A DNA stretch of 64,000 nt, taken from Octopus bimaculoides. Lineage: Eukaryota. The notes under the pieces were generated by a model that saw nothing but the letters and a program-made list of their open reading frames with translations, had not been told where the DNA came from and made no database searches. The DNA lies in the NCBI RefSeq assembly GCF_001194135.2, contig NC_068996.1:23166053-23230052 (forward strand), in the 5' to 3' direction. Made by a program: the position numbers and the translations under genes. Positions 13,088-27,700 of this stretch are shown piece by piece; the stretch's first letter is position 1, and each line of letters starts with the position of its first letter.

Positions 13088-13735
13088 CAGGAGTGGCTGT
13101 GTAGTAAGTAGCTTGCTTCCCAACCACATGGTTCCGGGCAACTGGCACATGGCATCTTGGGCAACTGTCTTCTACTATAGCCTCGGGCCAACCAAAGCCT
13201 TGTGAGTGGATTTGGTAGACGGAAACTGAAAGAAGCCCGTCGTATATATGTGTATATATATGTGTTTGTGTGTCTGTGTTTGTCCCCCTAGCATTGCTTG
13301 ACAACCGGTGCTGGTGTGTTTATGTCCCCGTCACTTAGCGGTTCGGCAAAACAGACCGATAGAATAAGTACTAGGCTTAGAAAGAATAAGACCCGGGGTC
13401 AATTTGCTCGACTAAAGGCGGTGCTCCAGCATGGCCGCANNNNNNNNNNGGCCAACCAAAGCCTTGTGAGTGGATTTGGTAGACGGAAACTGAAAGAAGC
13501 CCGTCGTATATATGTGTATATATATGTGTTTGTGTGTCTGTGTTTGTCCCCCTAGCATTGCTTGACAACCGGTGCTGGTGTGTTTATGTCCCCGTCACTT
13601 AGCGGTTCGGCAAAACAGACCGATAGAATAAGTACTAGGCTTAGAAAGAATAAGACCCGGGGTCAATTTGCTCGACTAAAGGCGGTGCTCCAGCATGGCC
13701 GCAGTCAAATGACTGAAACAAGTAAAAGAGTAAAA
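13088..13735 (+). mobile_element. Family A SINE, duplicated across a 10-N gap
   Basis: Near-consensus CpG-rich copy; about 13180-13439 is repeated essentially identically at 13450-13700. Confidence 0.85.
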
Positions 13736-15799
13736 GCTAGTTGTAACCGACATCATCAAAATGCAGGAGGAAACAAAGTTGCCGTGCGTGAGTATATCCC
13801 ACTCTACCCCAATTATCACACACCTCCTCGACACACACACTCATTATATTCCGATATAATCGTAACCTATACCATCTGGAAGGTAGTTGCAGAAAATTTT
13901 ATTTAGAAATATCCATTTTTCAGAAACTTAGGAAACAAAATTGGGTGGACACACTTCTGTAGTTATGAGATAGATATATAACGTGTATATAATATAGACA
14001 ATGTATATAAAAATATATAATACAATGAGTGTGTGTGTGCACTCAGAACGTGCGCGAGGGAAGAGACAATGTGCGTGGGTGTGTGAATGTACATTTGTGA
14101 AAGAGACAGAGAAGAGAAAGATAAGGAGAGAGAGAGAGAGAAAGAGTGTGTGTGGTGCATATAGGATCAAAAACAACATTTTATTTAACGCATAGCGTTT
14201 GCTGAATTCTAGACCGAATTGCATTATAGCCAAAATATTCATAATTCATTTTACATATGTACAAATAAAACAGCGTGGATTGTAGCTGCAGCAATCTGCA
14301 CCCTTGCTTATTAGAATGTTGATTTCGGCAATATGCCATTGTAACAGTGTGTGTGTCTGTGTGTGCCTGTTTGTACATGTGCGCGGTGTCTGATGCATCT
14401 GTATATTGTGCTTTGTGTATGTCAGAGATACACATGTATCTTGCGTTACTCATTAATTGATATGTGCTTGTCTTTGAGATACACCTATGTCATGTTTATA
14501 TATTTATACTACAGTGTTACAGTGTTACCGTCGTCATATGACAAGAAATGTTGGTGGGGTAATACTTTTTCCTCACTGTGCGTGGGTAATATTTATGACA
14601 TGATGTTACATCGATATATTAATTCATAATTCAACCTTTTTTTTTTTTTCGTTTTCAATTTTAAAAAATCATTTTTGTTTTACTAAAATAATGAAATGAA
14701 TGCTAATTTTCGAAGTAGAAATATTTATTAGATTAAAATAAAAACTAAAACAATTTTCTCGTGTCTATTTGCAATAAATGTATGCTATCACAATAACAAT
14801 GAATGTTTAACTATCAATTGCAGTAAACATGTAACATTCGAATAATATTCTCAGACGNNNNNNNNNNNNNNNNNNNNNNNNNNNNNNNNNNNNNNNNNNN
14901 NNNNNNNNNNNNNNNNNNNNNNNNNNNNNNNNNNNNNNNNNNNNNNNNNNNNNNNNNNNNNNNNNNNNNNNNNNNNNNNNNNNNNNNNNNNNNNNNNNNN
15001 NNNNNNNNNNNNNNNNNNNNNNNNNNNNNNNNNNNNNNNNNNNNNNNNNNNNNNNNNNNNNNNNNNNNNNNNNNNNNNNNNNNNNNNNNNNNNNNNNNNN
15101 NNNNNNNNNNNNNNNNNNNNNNNNNNNNNNNNNNNNNNNNNNNNNNNNNNNNNNNNNNNNNNNNNNNNNNNNNNNNNNNNNNNNNNNNNNNNNNNNNNNN
15201 NNNNNNNNNNNNNNNNNNNNNNNNNNNNNNNNNNNNNNNNNNNNNNNNNNNNNNNNNNNNNNNNNNNNNNNNNNNNNNNNNNNNNNNNNNNNNNNNNNNN
15301 NNNNNNNNNNNNNNNNNNNNNNNNNNNNNNNNNNNNNNNNNNNNNNNNNNNNNNNNNNNNNNNNNNNNNNNNNNNNNNNNNNNNNNNNNNNNNNNNNNNN
15401 NNNNNNNNNNNNNNNNNNNNNNNNNNNNNNNNNNNNNNNNNNNNNNNNNNNNNNNNNNNNNNNNNNNNNNNNNNNNNNNNNNNNNNNNNNNNNNNNNNNN
15501 GGGAAAACGAACATACGTGTGTTGCCTCTCTGCAAAATGTCAGAAGTAATGGAGATTAAATACGCTTTACACCGCTTCAACTGCCAAAGGCGTAACTGTA
15601 AACAGGTGAATACTTGTCAGTGATTGGTTGAAATTATCGAAATAAGACAATTTTTTACATGAAATTAATTCGAATACAAAAATTTTTTTCTGTTCTATAA
15701 CACAAAATAGATAAGTATACGAAGTTTGAAAGTCTTTCGGTACCAAAAACACTACATAAAACATAAATGAAAACTGGTGCCCTCGTTTTGAACTAGATC

Positions 15800-16360
15800 C
15801 CATATACCCACACAGAATTGAAACGCTGTTTGATTTTTCTTTTCAGCGTTGAATGTTCACCATCCCACTTCCATTGTACACACAAACACACACGACTCTC
15901 TTTTATGTACACACACGCGTATACGCACGCAGAGTTGAAATGCTGTTTCATTTTTTTCACCATAGAACTTCTATCATCCCACTACCAAGTTTGCCATCAC
16001 CCCTTCCTTCTTTATTCATCTATCACCCCTTCCTTTCTCATTGATATGTTGCGACGGAGAAATACACAAAAGTATTATTATTATAGTAGAAGATATGGAT
16101 GGTAAATCAAATTAATACACTTGTCAATGTTCACATACTTCCTTTGTACACGCACACATACTCACAGAGTTGAAATGCTGTTTGATTTTCCTTTTCAGCG
16201 TTGAACGTTCATCATCCCATTTCCATTGCACTCAAACACAAACATTCACATACCTCCATTTATATACACACACACATACTCATACAGAGTTAAAACGCTA
16301 TTTTTTTTCACCCCTTTCTCATTCATATGTTGTGACGGAGAAAAACAGAAGATACACGAC
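15800..16360 (+). repeat. Degenerate local tandem repeat (motif cagagttgaaa(c/t)gctg four times; higher-order period about 350 bp)
   Basis: Motif variants near 15813, 15930, 16165 and 16284 with similar downstream sequence. Confidence 0.65.
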
Positions 16361-16529
16361 GCGCTCTTTGCCACTTCCTCTTTTTCTCATTGCTATTACT
16401 TTCTTTCACTCCCTTTCAGTCAGAGTTATTACTCTCATTACTTCTCCTTCACTGAATTAGTATTTTTTCTCCTCTCCCTTCACTTTTACTACTCTTTCTT
16501 CTACTGCATGTGTTATTTTGGACAAATAC

Positions 16530-16740
16530 ATATGTCGGAAATTCTGTCTGTGGGTGTGTTTGTGGAGTTAGCTAACTCCTCCTACATCGTTTTATGGATT
16601 TTGATGAAACTTGACATCTGAGTAGAACTCGTGTCTGGAAATCTCATGGCATACTAAGATTGTTGAAAAAAAATCGACAATAGGGCCTCATATATATCTA
16701 ATAATATATTTTTTATTTTAAAAGCCAAGGGAAATAACCA
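16530..16740 (+). mobile_element. Possible Helentron-associated non-autonomous (HINE/DINE-like) remnant
   Basis: tctgtctgt microsatellite start, ggattttgatgaaacttg core and aagggaaataac motif resemble mollusc HINEs as recalled; ends not defined. Confidence 0.35.
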
Positions 16741-18349
16741 TTCATTTTCCTAAATTATTTGGTATAAATCAAATTAAGTATGCTTATTTCTTAGTATATG
16801 AATTGTTAGAGTTATTTTCACAATTTATCCAGTACAACCCTTAAACAAGTAAATAGTATTTTCCTAAACAATAAATCCACTTATTTCAGTTAGTGACTTA
16901 TTCACGAATATACCAACACTAGCGCCGCTGAGGGTAATATTCTCTGGGAATGCACAAAAGCCCTTTTCAGTGTTATTTACTTTGAATTGTTATTATCTCA
17001 TATCTGATTAACCTGTTTTTACGTAACATGCTTCATGATTTTAGTACACATACCTTATTAGTATTTCCTCCTATGTTCTATATACTCTGAGAACGCATTA
17101 AATCCCTTTTCGGGGCTACTTTATTTGAATTCTTACTATCGGGTTACTAATTTCATGTTATTACATNNNNNNNNNNNNNNNNNNNNNNNNNNNNNNNNNN
17201 NNNNNNNNNNNNNNNNNNNNNNNNNNNNNNNNNNNNNNNNNNNNNNNNNNNNNNNNNNNNNNNNNNNNNNNNNNNNNNNNNNNNNNNNNNNNNNNNNNNN
17301 NNNNNNNNNNNNNNNNNNNNNNNNNNNNNNNNNNNNNNNNNNNNNNNNNNNNNNNNNNNNNNNNNNNNNNNNNNNNNNNNNNNNNNNNNNNNNNNNNNNN
17401 NNNNNNNNNNNNNNNNNNNNNNNNNNNNNNNNNNNNNNNNNNNNNNNNNNNNNNNNNNNNNNNNNNNNNNNNNNNNNNNNNNNNNNNNNNNNNNNNNNNN
17501 NNNNNNNNNNNNNNNNNNNNNNNNNNNNNNNNNNNNNNNNNNNNNNNNNNNNNNNNNNNNNNNNNNNNNNNNNNNNNNNNNNNNNNNNNNNNNNNNNNNN
17601 NNNNNNNNNNNNNNNNNNNNNNNNNNNNNNNNNNNNNNNNNNNNNNNNNNNNNNNNNNNNNNNNNNNNNNNNNNNNNNNNNNNNNNNNNNNNNNNNNNNN
17701 NNNNNNNNNNNNNNNNNNNNNNNNNNNNNNNNNNNNATATATATATAGGGAAGATGAAAGAGGCTAAACCGTTAGCAGTAGGCCAGCTGATGCAGCCTTT
17801 GTTGAGATAACGAAAATTCGCTCACGTAGCGGCCAGAGAGTGTGCCAGTTGCATTTCGGTCTTTTTGCGTCTTTTCAGTGACATGTACTCGCAGTGAGCA
17901 CATGCTTAGACGAGAGTTTTTGATATAGGAAAACAGGAATAAAACGTTCACTGATGTTGTAAATAGCCGTCCGGCTGATTAAAAATCCGGTATATGCAAT
18001 TGAAGCTATACATTAAGTGATACATAGATGATTATTTTAAGAAAACTGCCTCATTTCCGAATACCGGATAAAATCTACAATTATTATTTCATTTATGTAA
18101 CATTGTCTAATATTGCTAACAACGGCTAAAGTTTGATCCGTTATATGACGCGGTTAACTGTCTATTGAAAAATAAAGATATTTATACGCTGACAGCGAAA
18201 CAGTATTTTGAAAGCTGTTAATTGCAAGTAGCAGTTAAAGTGGTAGAAATAGGAAAAAGGAAAAAAAACGAGAAGATAGAGAAGTAGTGATAGTTGACGA
18301 AATGAAGGGAGAGGATGTGATAAATGGCTGTAATTGTAGGAGAGCTTTA

Positions 18350-18561
18350 TTACTCGTTTACTTGTTTCAGTCATTTGACTGTGGCTATGCTGGAGCACCG
18401 CCTTTTAGTCGAGCTAATCGACCCCCAGGACTTATTCTTTGGAAGCCTAGTACTTATTATATCGGTCTCTTTAGCCGAACCGCTAAGTCACGGGGACGTA
18501 AACACATCAGCATCGGTTGTCAAGCGATGTTGGGGGGACAAACACAGGCACACAAACATAT

Positions 18562-18642
<81 letters not shown>

Positions 18643-18805
18643 GGTACGACGGGCTTCTTTCAGTTTCCGTCTACCAAATCCACTCACAAGGCTTTGGTCG
18701 GCCCAAGGCTATGGTAGAAGACACTTGCTCAAGGTGCCACGCAGTGGGAATGAACCCGGAACCATGTGGTTGGTAAGCAAGCTACTTACCACACAGCCAT
18801 TCCTA
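18350..18805 (-). mobile_element. Family A SINE, full length
   Basis: Complete head-to-tail reverse-complement match with an internal (CA)(TA) tract. Confidence 0.9.
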
Positions 18806-18934
18806 CGCCTAATAATATTTTTTAGAAACATTAATATAGACAGAGAGGAAGAGTAATTAGGTAGTGAGATTGTATATGTAAGGGTGTGGGTATGTCGATG
18901 AGATACACCTTTATCTCTTAATATATTAATGTGT

Positions 18935-19150
18935 ATAAGGCGGTGAGCTGGCAGAATCTTTAGCAGGCCGGGCAAAATGCTTAGCGGTATTTCGTCCATC
19001 TCGACGTTCTGAGTTCAAATTCTGCTGAGGTTTACTTTGCCTTTCATCCTCTCGAGGTCGATAGAATAAGTACCAGTTTATTACTGGGATCGATGTAGTC
19101 GACTTTTTCCCTCCCCCTAAATTGGTGCCCTTGTGCCAAAATTTGAAACC
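18935..19150 (+). mobile_element. tRNA-derived SINE family B; other copies 27570-27750, 53190-53405, 56655-56840 (+) and 48460-48655 (-)
   Basis: Head aaggcggtgagctggcagaat..ttagc, B-box-like gagttcaaattc, central ctttgcctttcatcct..gtcgata..aagtaccagt (resembles the Nin/Deu-type conserved SINE domain), tail gtgccaaaatttgaaac. Confidence 0.8.
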
Positions 19151-19784
19151 AATATATTAATGTGTATATTCTCAAGGTGTGTGCGAAACATGCGTTACAA
19201 ATCCGTATCACTGTTAAGATTTTTATTCAACAGATGTTCCTTTCATTCGTTTAAGTTATCCATTCCACCCTATGTTCGTTCACAAAACTTCCCAACATTT
19301 TTGTACTCTTTCTGAGATCCGACAAGGACAGAATGTTTTACTGATAGAGCCTAAAAACACTGAAATAGGCCTGTACAACTGAAGGTCCCACTCACATCAC
19401 CACCACATCTCACAGCTAATTAATTTAGTTAGAATTTACTTTTTTTTTTAATTAAAATTTCGCGATTATCTCCGCTGTCTTTTTACATTAGTGCTAGTGA
19501 TTTTTGAAATTAGTCTTCCCATAACTAAGGAGGAAATGTTTTAATTAGTTTAAAACAAAACGTCTTGGTTTGTAGGCTTGTGTCCATATAACACACACAC
19601 ACACGTATATGTGCTTAGGCGTAGCTGTGTGGTAAGAAGTTTGCTTCTTAACCAGTGTTTCGGGTTCAGTCCCTGTGTGTGTCTTCTACCAAAACTTTGT
19701 GAATGTATTTGGTAGACGGAAACTGAAAGGACTTCCGATATGAAGCTCCCTCGCTCGCGCTAACGTATGTTTTCCCCCTATTTT

Positions 19785-20150
19785 GTTGTTGGCACTCCGT
19801 CGCTTACGACGTCGAGGGTTCCAGTCTATCCGATCAACGGAACAGCCTGCTCGTGAAATTAACGTGCAAGTGGCTGAGCACTCCACAGACACGTGTACCC
19901 TTAACGTAGTTCTCAGGGATATTCAGCATGACACAGTGTGACAAGGCTGACCCTTTCAATTACAGGCACAACAGAAACAGGAAGGAAGACTGAGAGAAGG
20001 TTGTGGTGGAAGAGTACAGCAGGGTTCGCCACCATCCCCTGCCAGAGCCTCGTGGAGCTTTAGTTGTTTTCGCTCAATAAACACTCACAACACCCGGTCT
20101 GGGAATCGAAACCGCGAGTCCGCTGCCCTAACCACTGGGCCATTGCGCCT
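19785..20150 (-). mobile_element. tRNA-derived SINE family C; second copy 25145-25440 (+)
   Basis: Head gaggcgcaatggcccagtggttagggcagcgg...ggtttcgattccc; the body aligns with the 25.1-kb copy. Confidence 0.8.
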
Positions 20151-20530
20151 CTGTTTTCCCCCCTATACAAGTACTTATGTGTGTATCGAGGTGTGTGTGT
20201 GTGTTGGATGGCTGCATGCAATCGTAGAATCAATGACAGTAGGAGAAAATGAGGTGTTCAAAGAATGCTATTGATTTATTTCGGAATGTTAACTACATAG
20301 TTTTTTTCCCATCTTCACAAGGGTTTAAAACACATTTGTATATTACATATGAAAAATAGGAACGGTTTCACCCGCCAAGTGTTTTTAGGGGAAAAAAACC
20401 CAATCAATCTCAATCGGGAATCGTAGTAAATTCGATAAATCAATATTTAAAAAAAAAAAATTGGTGGATCAAAGACAGCATATTTAATGTATACACGCCC
20501 TCACACATACACCAACGATAGCCTCTATAT

Positions 20531-21457
<927 letters not shown>

Positions 21458-21465
21458 ATCTACAT

Positions 21466-21633
21466 CAGTGCTCCGCAACCGGTATCCTTCGAGACGATAC
21501 TAGATGTGCTACAGTGTAACCTTAATATAATTTTTTTCCGTATATTTTTAGTTACATTTCTAGTTCAGGTGTGCCGCCATATTTTGAAAAGAATATAAGC
21601 GTAACGCAAGTGAATAATAGTTGTGGAGCACAG
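21466..21633. mobile_element. hAT MITE, 168 bp, with perfect 8-bp TSD
   Basis: TIRs cagtgctccgcaac / gttgtggagcacag; ATCTACAT at 21458-21465 and 21634-21641. Confidence 0.85.
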
Positions 21634-21968
21634 ATCTACATGATCGCTCGGCCTGCTAGATATAGCAGCTAAATTATCCCTTTCAATAGCACTTTACGGC
21701 CTTTAAATTTCAGTTACTAAAAAAGAAAAAATAGCATGGCATGACTGAAATGCTTTTGATCAAGCTGACATAAGAGTATGTCACACACTATTTGCGTAAA
21801 TTCTTGTCTTGCATAATATACACCTTCTGAATCACTTTCTCTTTCACAGTACACACTCTTACACAAACATGCTGGTTCTCATATACAAGTGTTTCTATCT
21901 CTCCGTCTCTTACACACGCTCCTCTTTCTCATACATACATACACAAACACAGGCTGCATTCATCCTCT

Positions 21969-22003
<35 letters not shown>

Positions 22004-22042
22004 TTCTTGTATAGAATCTATTGAACTAAAACAAAAAAAATC

Positions 22043-22300
22043 AGTTGTATACTGCCAACTTAACGTGACAGTACCAATAACAGCTAGTCGTGCTACTTCA
22101 GGCTGATGACGAGCAAAGACTCAGAAACATGTCCCTGAATGCAGGCTAAGCTGGGTGGAGGAGTTTGTCTCCTTCTCGCAAAGATAAGGACACAGGAAAT
22201 GTGTCAAGGCCTAATAGGAAGCGGTCCAGCTTCCTAGGGTTAAATAGCAGTAGTATATTCCCTTATTGGGACTGTCACGTTAAGTTGGCAGTATACAACT
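22043..22300. mobile_element. 258-bp element bounded by 38-bp inverted repeats and containing a hammerhead ribozyme motif
   Basis: Inverted repeats 22043-22080 and 22263-22300 (one mismatch); no TSD seen. Confidence 0.75.
22097..22139 (+). ncRNA. Minimal type I hammerhead ribozyme motif (Penelope-type)
   Basis: Stem I ttcagg/cctgaa, core CTGATGA, stem II cgag-caaaga-ctca (C-A mismatch at the base), GAAA, palindromic ACATGT stem III and GTC cleavage triplet at 22131-22133. Confidence 0.7.
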
Positions 22301-22614
22301 ACTTTATCGCATCACTACTGCTTAAGTCTCTCTGACAGATTTAGAAATTTATTATTTCTAAAAAAAAATCAATTGTTTTTATAGCCTCGGGTTAAGTCTA
22401 CACACCTTTATGATTAAATATGTTTGTCTCATCCGTGGTAATATAATCTTTTATGCAAACATATTGTGCCTGGCACCTTATTCTACAATGTGCCTTCGCC
22501 TTTAACTTCACCTCTAACCCAATAATTAATTTTATAAAGAAGGGTAAAAAAAAACAACTTATACTTCGTTATGTGCGTTAAAAATGTATGGCAATGTTTC
22601 GTTTTATAATGCAG

Positions 22615-22673
22615 AAAGTGAAATTACTCATGTCGGCAGAGATCGAAATTTGTTGGAAACTCGGTTGTAAAAC
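22615..22673 (+). other. Candidate 59-nt exon
   Basis: Acceptor gtttcgttttataatgcag| and donor |gtaagt in unique sequence; frames read KVKLLMSAEIEICWKLGCK or ESEITHVGRDRNLLETRL*. Confidence 0.3.
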
Positions 22674-24707
22674 GTAAGTGAAAGAATTGTGCTTAAAATT
22701 TAAGTGATACCGACCTCGTGTAACAAAATGGTAATTAATTGTGGAATCGATATTTTGCAAAATAGTTTTGATTTTATTACAATTCTCTTAAATAATAAAG
22801 TAAAATGTAAGCAGTAGAAAAGATAATACTATCACCGTCATATAACTGCAGCCCACCAACAAAAGCACTAAAAGGGCAAGTGGGCGATTCACCAAACGCG
22901 TCGATTGGTTAAATACAGCCATACTGCTCGCTAAATTAGGAATGAATCCTAACGATCCAAGAAAGTTAATTGTACAATGTTCATTGTATAGATACAAAAT
23001 ATTCCGTACAACAGAATTCTTTTCATTCACCTCATTTTCCTGTTGAAATACAGTTTGTTTTGTAATATAATGAAGGATTTATAAAAAAAAAAAAAGAATA
23101 ATAATTGTCTTTATGAAGCTGTTTTGAATATAAATTAGCCTGAAAATTTGAAGGAAGGTTTTAATTAGGATCACATTAAAACGAAGTTTATGTCCGGGGT
23201 GGTCTCAAACGGGTTGGAATCAAAAGGGTTGATTGCCATGATTCTCATTTATGCTTGTTGTATAAACACGGTCAACCATTTCTTTTATACGTAAGCAATT
23301 TCGAAATAACTTTTCAAAGAAAAACTTTCAGATCATTGCCGAGTTTAATCGAGTACTACCGAACATTATTTTCAATTTTATTATGCCGATCTCAATCGAC
23401 TAGAATTTTCTAGGAGTGAAACACTCCTAGAAAATTAAACGAAAACCGGCAGACGTAAAGAATGTGGACCGCACTCCCTTTCGTAATTATTATTATTATT
23501 ATTATTATTATTTTACAGAATCCCCCATTTTCGAGTACGGAGATTCTGATTCTGAAAAAAAAAACAAAAAAAAACGGCATTTTATAATTTTCATTTCCCA
23601 CCCCACAAATTCTTCAATTTTCACTTTTTTGAGAATTATTTTCTTTTTTTTTTTTGCGAAATACGCAGAAAAATACGGAGATTATGATACTAAAAAAATT
23701 TCAGAAAAAGTGAAAATTGAAGAATTTGGGGTGGGGCAGAGGTAAANNNNNNNNNNNNNNNNNNNNNNNNNNNNNNNNNNNNNNNNNNNNNNNNNNNNNN
23801 NNNNNNNNNNNNNNNNNNNNNNNNNNNNNNNNNNNNNNNNNNNNNNNNNNNNNNNNNNNNNNNNNNNNNNNNNNNNNNNNNNNNNNNNNNNNNNNNNNNN
23901 NNNNNNNNNNNNNNNNNNNNNNNNNNNNNNNNNNNNNNNNNNNNNNNNNNNNNNNNNNNNNNNNNNNNNNNNNNNNNNNNNNNNNNNNNNNNNNNNNNNN
24001 NNNNNNNNNNNNNNNNNNNNNNNNNNNNNNNNNNNNNNNNNNNNNNNNNNNNNNNNNNNNNNNNNNNNNNNNNNNNNNNNNNNNNNNNNNNNNNNNNNNN
24101 NNNNNNNNNNNNNNNNNNNNNNNNNNNNNNNNNNNNNNNNNNNNNNNNNNNNNNNNNNNNNNNNNNNNNNNNNNNNNNNNNNNNNNNNNNNNNNNNNNNN
24201 NNNNNNNNNNNNNNNNNNNNNNNNNNNNNNNNNNNNNNNNNNNNNNNNNNNNNNNNNNNNNNNNNNNNNNNNNNNNNNNNNNNNNNNNNNNNNNNNNNNN
24301 NNNNNNNNNNNNNNNNNNNNNNNNNNNNNNNNNNNNNNNNNNNNNNNNNNNNNNNNNNNNNNNNNNNNNNNNNNNNNNNNNNNNNNNNNNNNNNNNNNNN
24401 NNNNNNNNNNNNNNNNNNNNNNNNNNNNNNNNNNNNNNNNNNNNNNNNNNNNNNNNNNNNNNNNNNNNNNNNNNNNNNNNNNNNNNNNNNNNNNNNNNNN
24501 NNNNNNNNNNNNNNNNNNNNNNNNNNNNNNNNNNNNNNNNNNNNNNNNNNNNNNNNNNNNNNNNNNNNNNNNNNNNNNNNNNNNNNNNNNNNNNNNNNNN
24601 NNNNNNNNNNNNNNNNNNNNNNNNNNNNNNNNNNNNNNNNNNNNNNNNNNNNNNNNNNNNNNNNNNNNNNNNNNNNNNNNNNNNNNNNNNNNNNNNNNNN
24701 NNNNNNN

Positions 24708-24745
<38 letters not shown>

Positions 24746-27700
24746 GCACACATATGTGTGTGTGAGAGAGACTATAAAGCCCGTCGAGGTGAACGTTGCT
24801 TTACATTCCAGGTCAATAAGAAAAAATGCCTGGTGCTAGAAGTGTTGAAAACGTTAAATTTGCCTGTCCTGTGTAATCACATGTGATACTCAAGACATAT
24901 TTTCCTGGTTCCGTGCGTCGTATATGATATACATTAACAATATATCTTTTTAATCACCAGAGGAACTTGGGACTTAAGAAAGTAAAGCTTTATATATTAC
25001 TTAGAACATGAAACAAACGGTAACTAAAAGTCTGAAAACAAGCATGACAGGCAAAGGGTTAAGCTTAAGTAATGCATCTAGAAGTGACTATATAAGTCTG
25101 TTGTTTTTGGAAGCATGATTATTAATATGTATCTTATCCGGTGTGGAGGCGCAATGGCTCGCGGTCGTAGGATCACGGTTTCGATTTCTAGATCGGGCGT
25201 TGTGGGTGTTTATTGAGCAAAAACACTTAAAGCCCCTCGAGGCTCCGGCAAGGGATGGTGGCGAACCTTGCTATACTCTTTCACCACAACTTTCTTCCTG
25301 TATTTCAAGGGGCCAGCTTTGTTGCACTTTCTGTCACGCTGAATCTCGGGTACACATGTCTGCACGTTTATTTCACGAGCAAACTGTTCCGTTGATCGGA
25401 TCAACTGGAATCTTCGTCGTTGTAACCGACGGCGTGCATACGTACGTATCTTATCTGGTATTTCCATCATTTAATAAGGCAGGCATTTGAATGAATGTTA
25501 GTGGGGATGAAAAGGGCACTGCGAAAACAAACAAAAAAAACCCACAAATTTTGCTTGGCAAAAATTACAGGAAAATGTTATATTTGTTTGAGGCTAAATT
25601 AATCAAACCAAGTAATCATATGGGAACTGGCTGCGCTCTAGGAAGAAGACGAGGAGGTTCATTAAAGAAAACTTGCCGAATACCAGAAGTAGGTAGAGCT
25701 GGTAGATATGATGCAAAGCAATGTGTTGTGAAGCGTTCACTCAGCTAAGTTCTGATTGGGAAAGGAACTACAGGTGTAGCGAAGAGGAAAGTCATAAATC
25801 ATACACACACACACACACGTGCGTGTGATTGTGTTTGTGTTTGTCCTCGCTACCACCACTGCTTGATGACCAGTGTTGGTTTGTTTACGACCTTCAGCAA
25901 AAGAGACCAATAGCTTAAGTTACCAGGTTAAAAACAAATACTGAGAGTTAATTTGTTCAACTAAAACCCTCCAAGGCTATGCCCTAGCAACATCACAGTC
26001 CAATGACTGAAACAAGTAACAAAACAAAAAAAGATATTTAAGTCACATATGGCAGAGCAAAAAAGTCACAATTTTTTATGGCACAGGAGTGGCTGTGTGG
26101 TAAGTAGCTTGCTTACCAACCACATGGTTCTGGGTTCATTCCCACTGCGTGGCACCTTGGGCAAGTGTCTTCTACTATAGCCTTGGGCCGACCAAAGCTT
26201 TGTGAGTGNNNNNNNNNNAATACACTAGGAAAATATTTGAGAGCCCCAAGTTTTGTTATTAAAAATGATAAAATATTTTAAATAAACAGCAATTATAGAG
26301 TTTTTTTTTTTTTTTAGTATTGTTAAGGTTTTTTTTTTTCAGTGATCCATAAAAGTATAGTTTGTTCTAAAATGTATATTTTCATAGGGTAGTTTATTGA
26401 ACAAATGCTCTATTCACTTGCTGCCGTGACTGATCAAAAGAATTTCTACTAATATTGTATTCGTGAATTATGAAACAAGGAACCGAAACATTTATATTGA
26501 CTCCACAAGCTTCCAGAATTTACTTGATAACCATATTTGCTCTGTACCAAAATTTACAAAGTTTATATAGAGCTATGAACATCTGGTTGTTTAATGATGA
26601 TGATGATGATGATAATGGATGATAACCGGACAAAATGAGAAGTACAAACAACTAAAAGATAAGCTTTAGGCATTGCGAGCATTAACAAACAGGTTTGAGA
26701 AATTTGTTGGAGAAATTGAAATGACATGAGGGTAGAACATGCTCAGAAAACTGCTTTATTGGGGGTAATGAGGATTTTGAGATTGATACTTGGATGTTAA
26801 GTTTCAGGGAAAGAGACCCTTGACAACCGGCTGTTGTCCGCTCTTACAAAATTAGCCAGAGCAAGTAAAATCAAGAAGTGAAATGATAATAATAATAATT
26901 ATTATTATTATTAACGCTAATGAGATTAGCCTCTAACGTAGCCACTCATTTTGCTAAAAATAACCCTTAAATCTCTTTCGATATATCCCCTAGTGACTTT
27001 AAAAAAAAGGTAAGAGAAAAAGAAGAAACATATTAGCTAATGAAGTTCTTGATGAACTGTTTTGGTCAAACGCCAGAAAACAATGTAGTATTGAATGGAA
27101 CTGCATAAGGTTATAACTGGGCAAAGTGGCATATTTATACTTTTAAAATGAATTATATTCGTAATAGAGCTTATCTTTCTCGGGATTTCTTCAGATCCAT
27201 TAACTAGTGATCATATGATGGAAAATCTTTAAAAATAAAAACTTATAAAATTATACAGTTGACGTTATAAGAATTTTAGCATGTAAATATTAGGTTAAAA
27301 AAAAAAACCTTGGACCGAACCCACATCCCCTGTAGACACGACAGGCGTTCAACCATTTGGTAGTCTTCGACTGGATATTTACATGCTATTATTTGTAATT
27401 TTATGTGTGCTTCGAAATCCGCTGTTCCAAAAAAGAATTATAAAATTATAAACTATATTTTAAAAATAAATTACTTAAATGAATGCATAAGGTGTTAATG
27501 ACATTAAAGTTATACTCGAATCAATTTATGTAATATGTCGAAATGAATAAATATGCAATATTTCAGTTTCGAAGTGCTTAGCGGCATTTCGCCCATCATT
27601 ATTGTCTTAGTTCAAATTTCGCCGAGGTTGACTTTGCCTTTCATCCTTTCGGGGTCGATAAATTAAGTACCAGTGAAACACTGGATCGATGTAATCGACT

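Noticed and set aside
13180-13700. Tandem SINE duplication as a biological event
   Set aside because: Essentially identical copies on either side of a 10-N gap point to unmerged overlapping contig ends.
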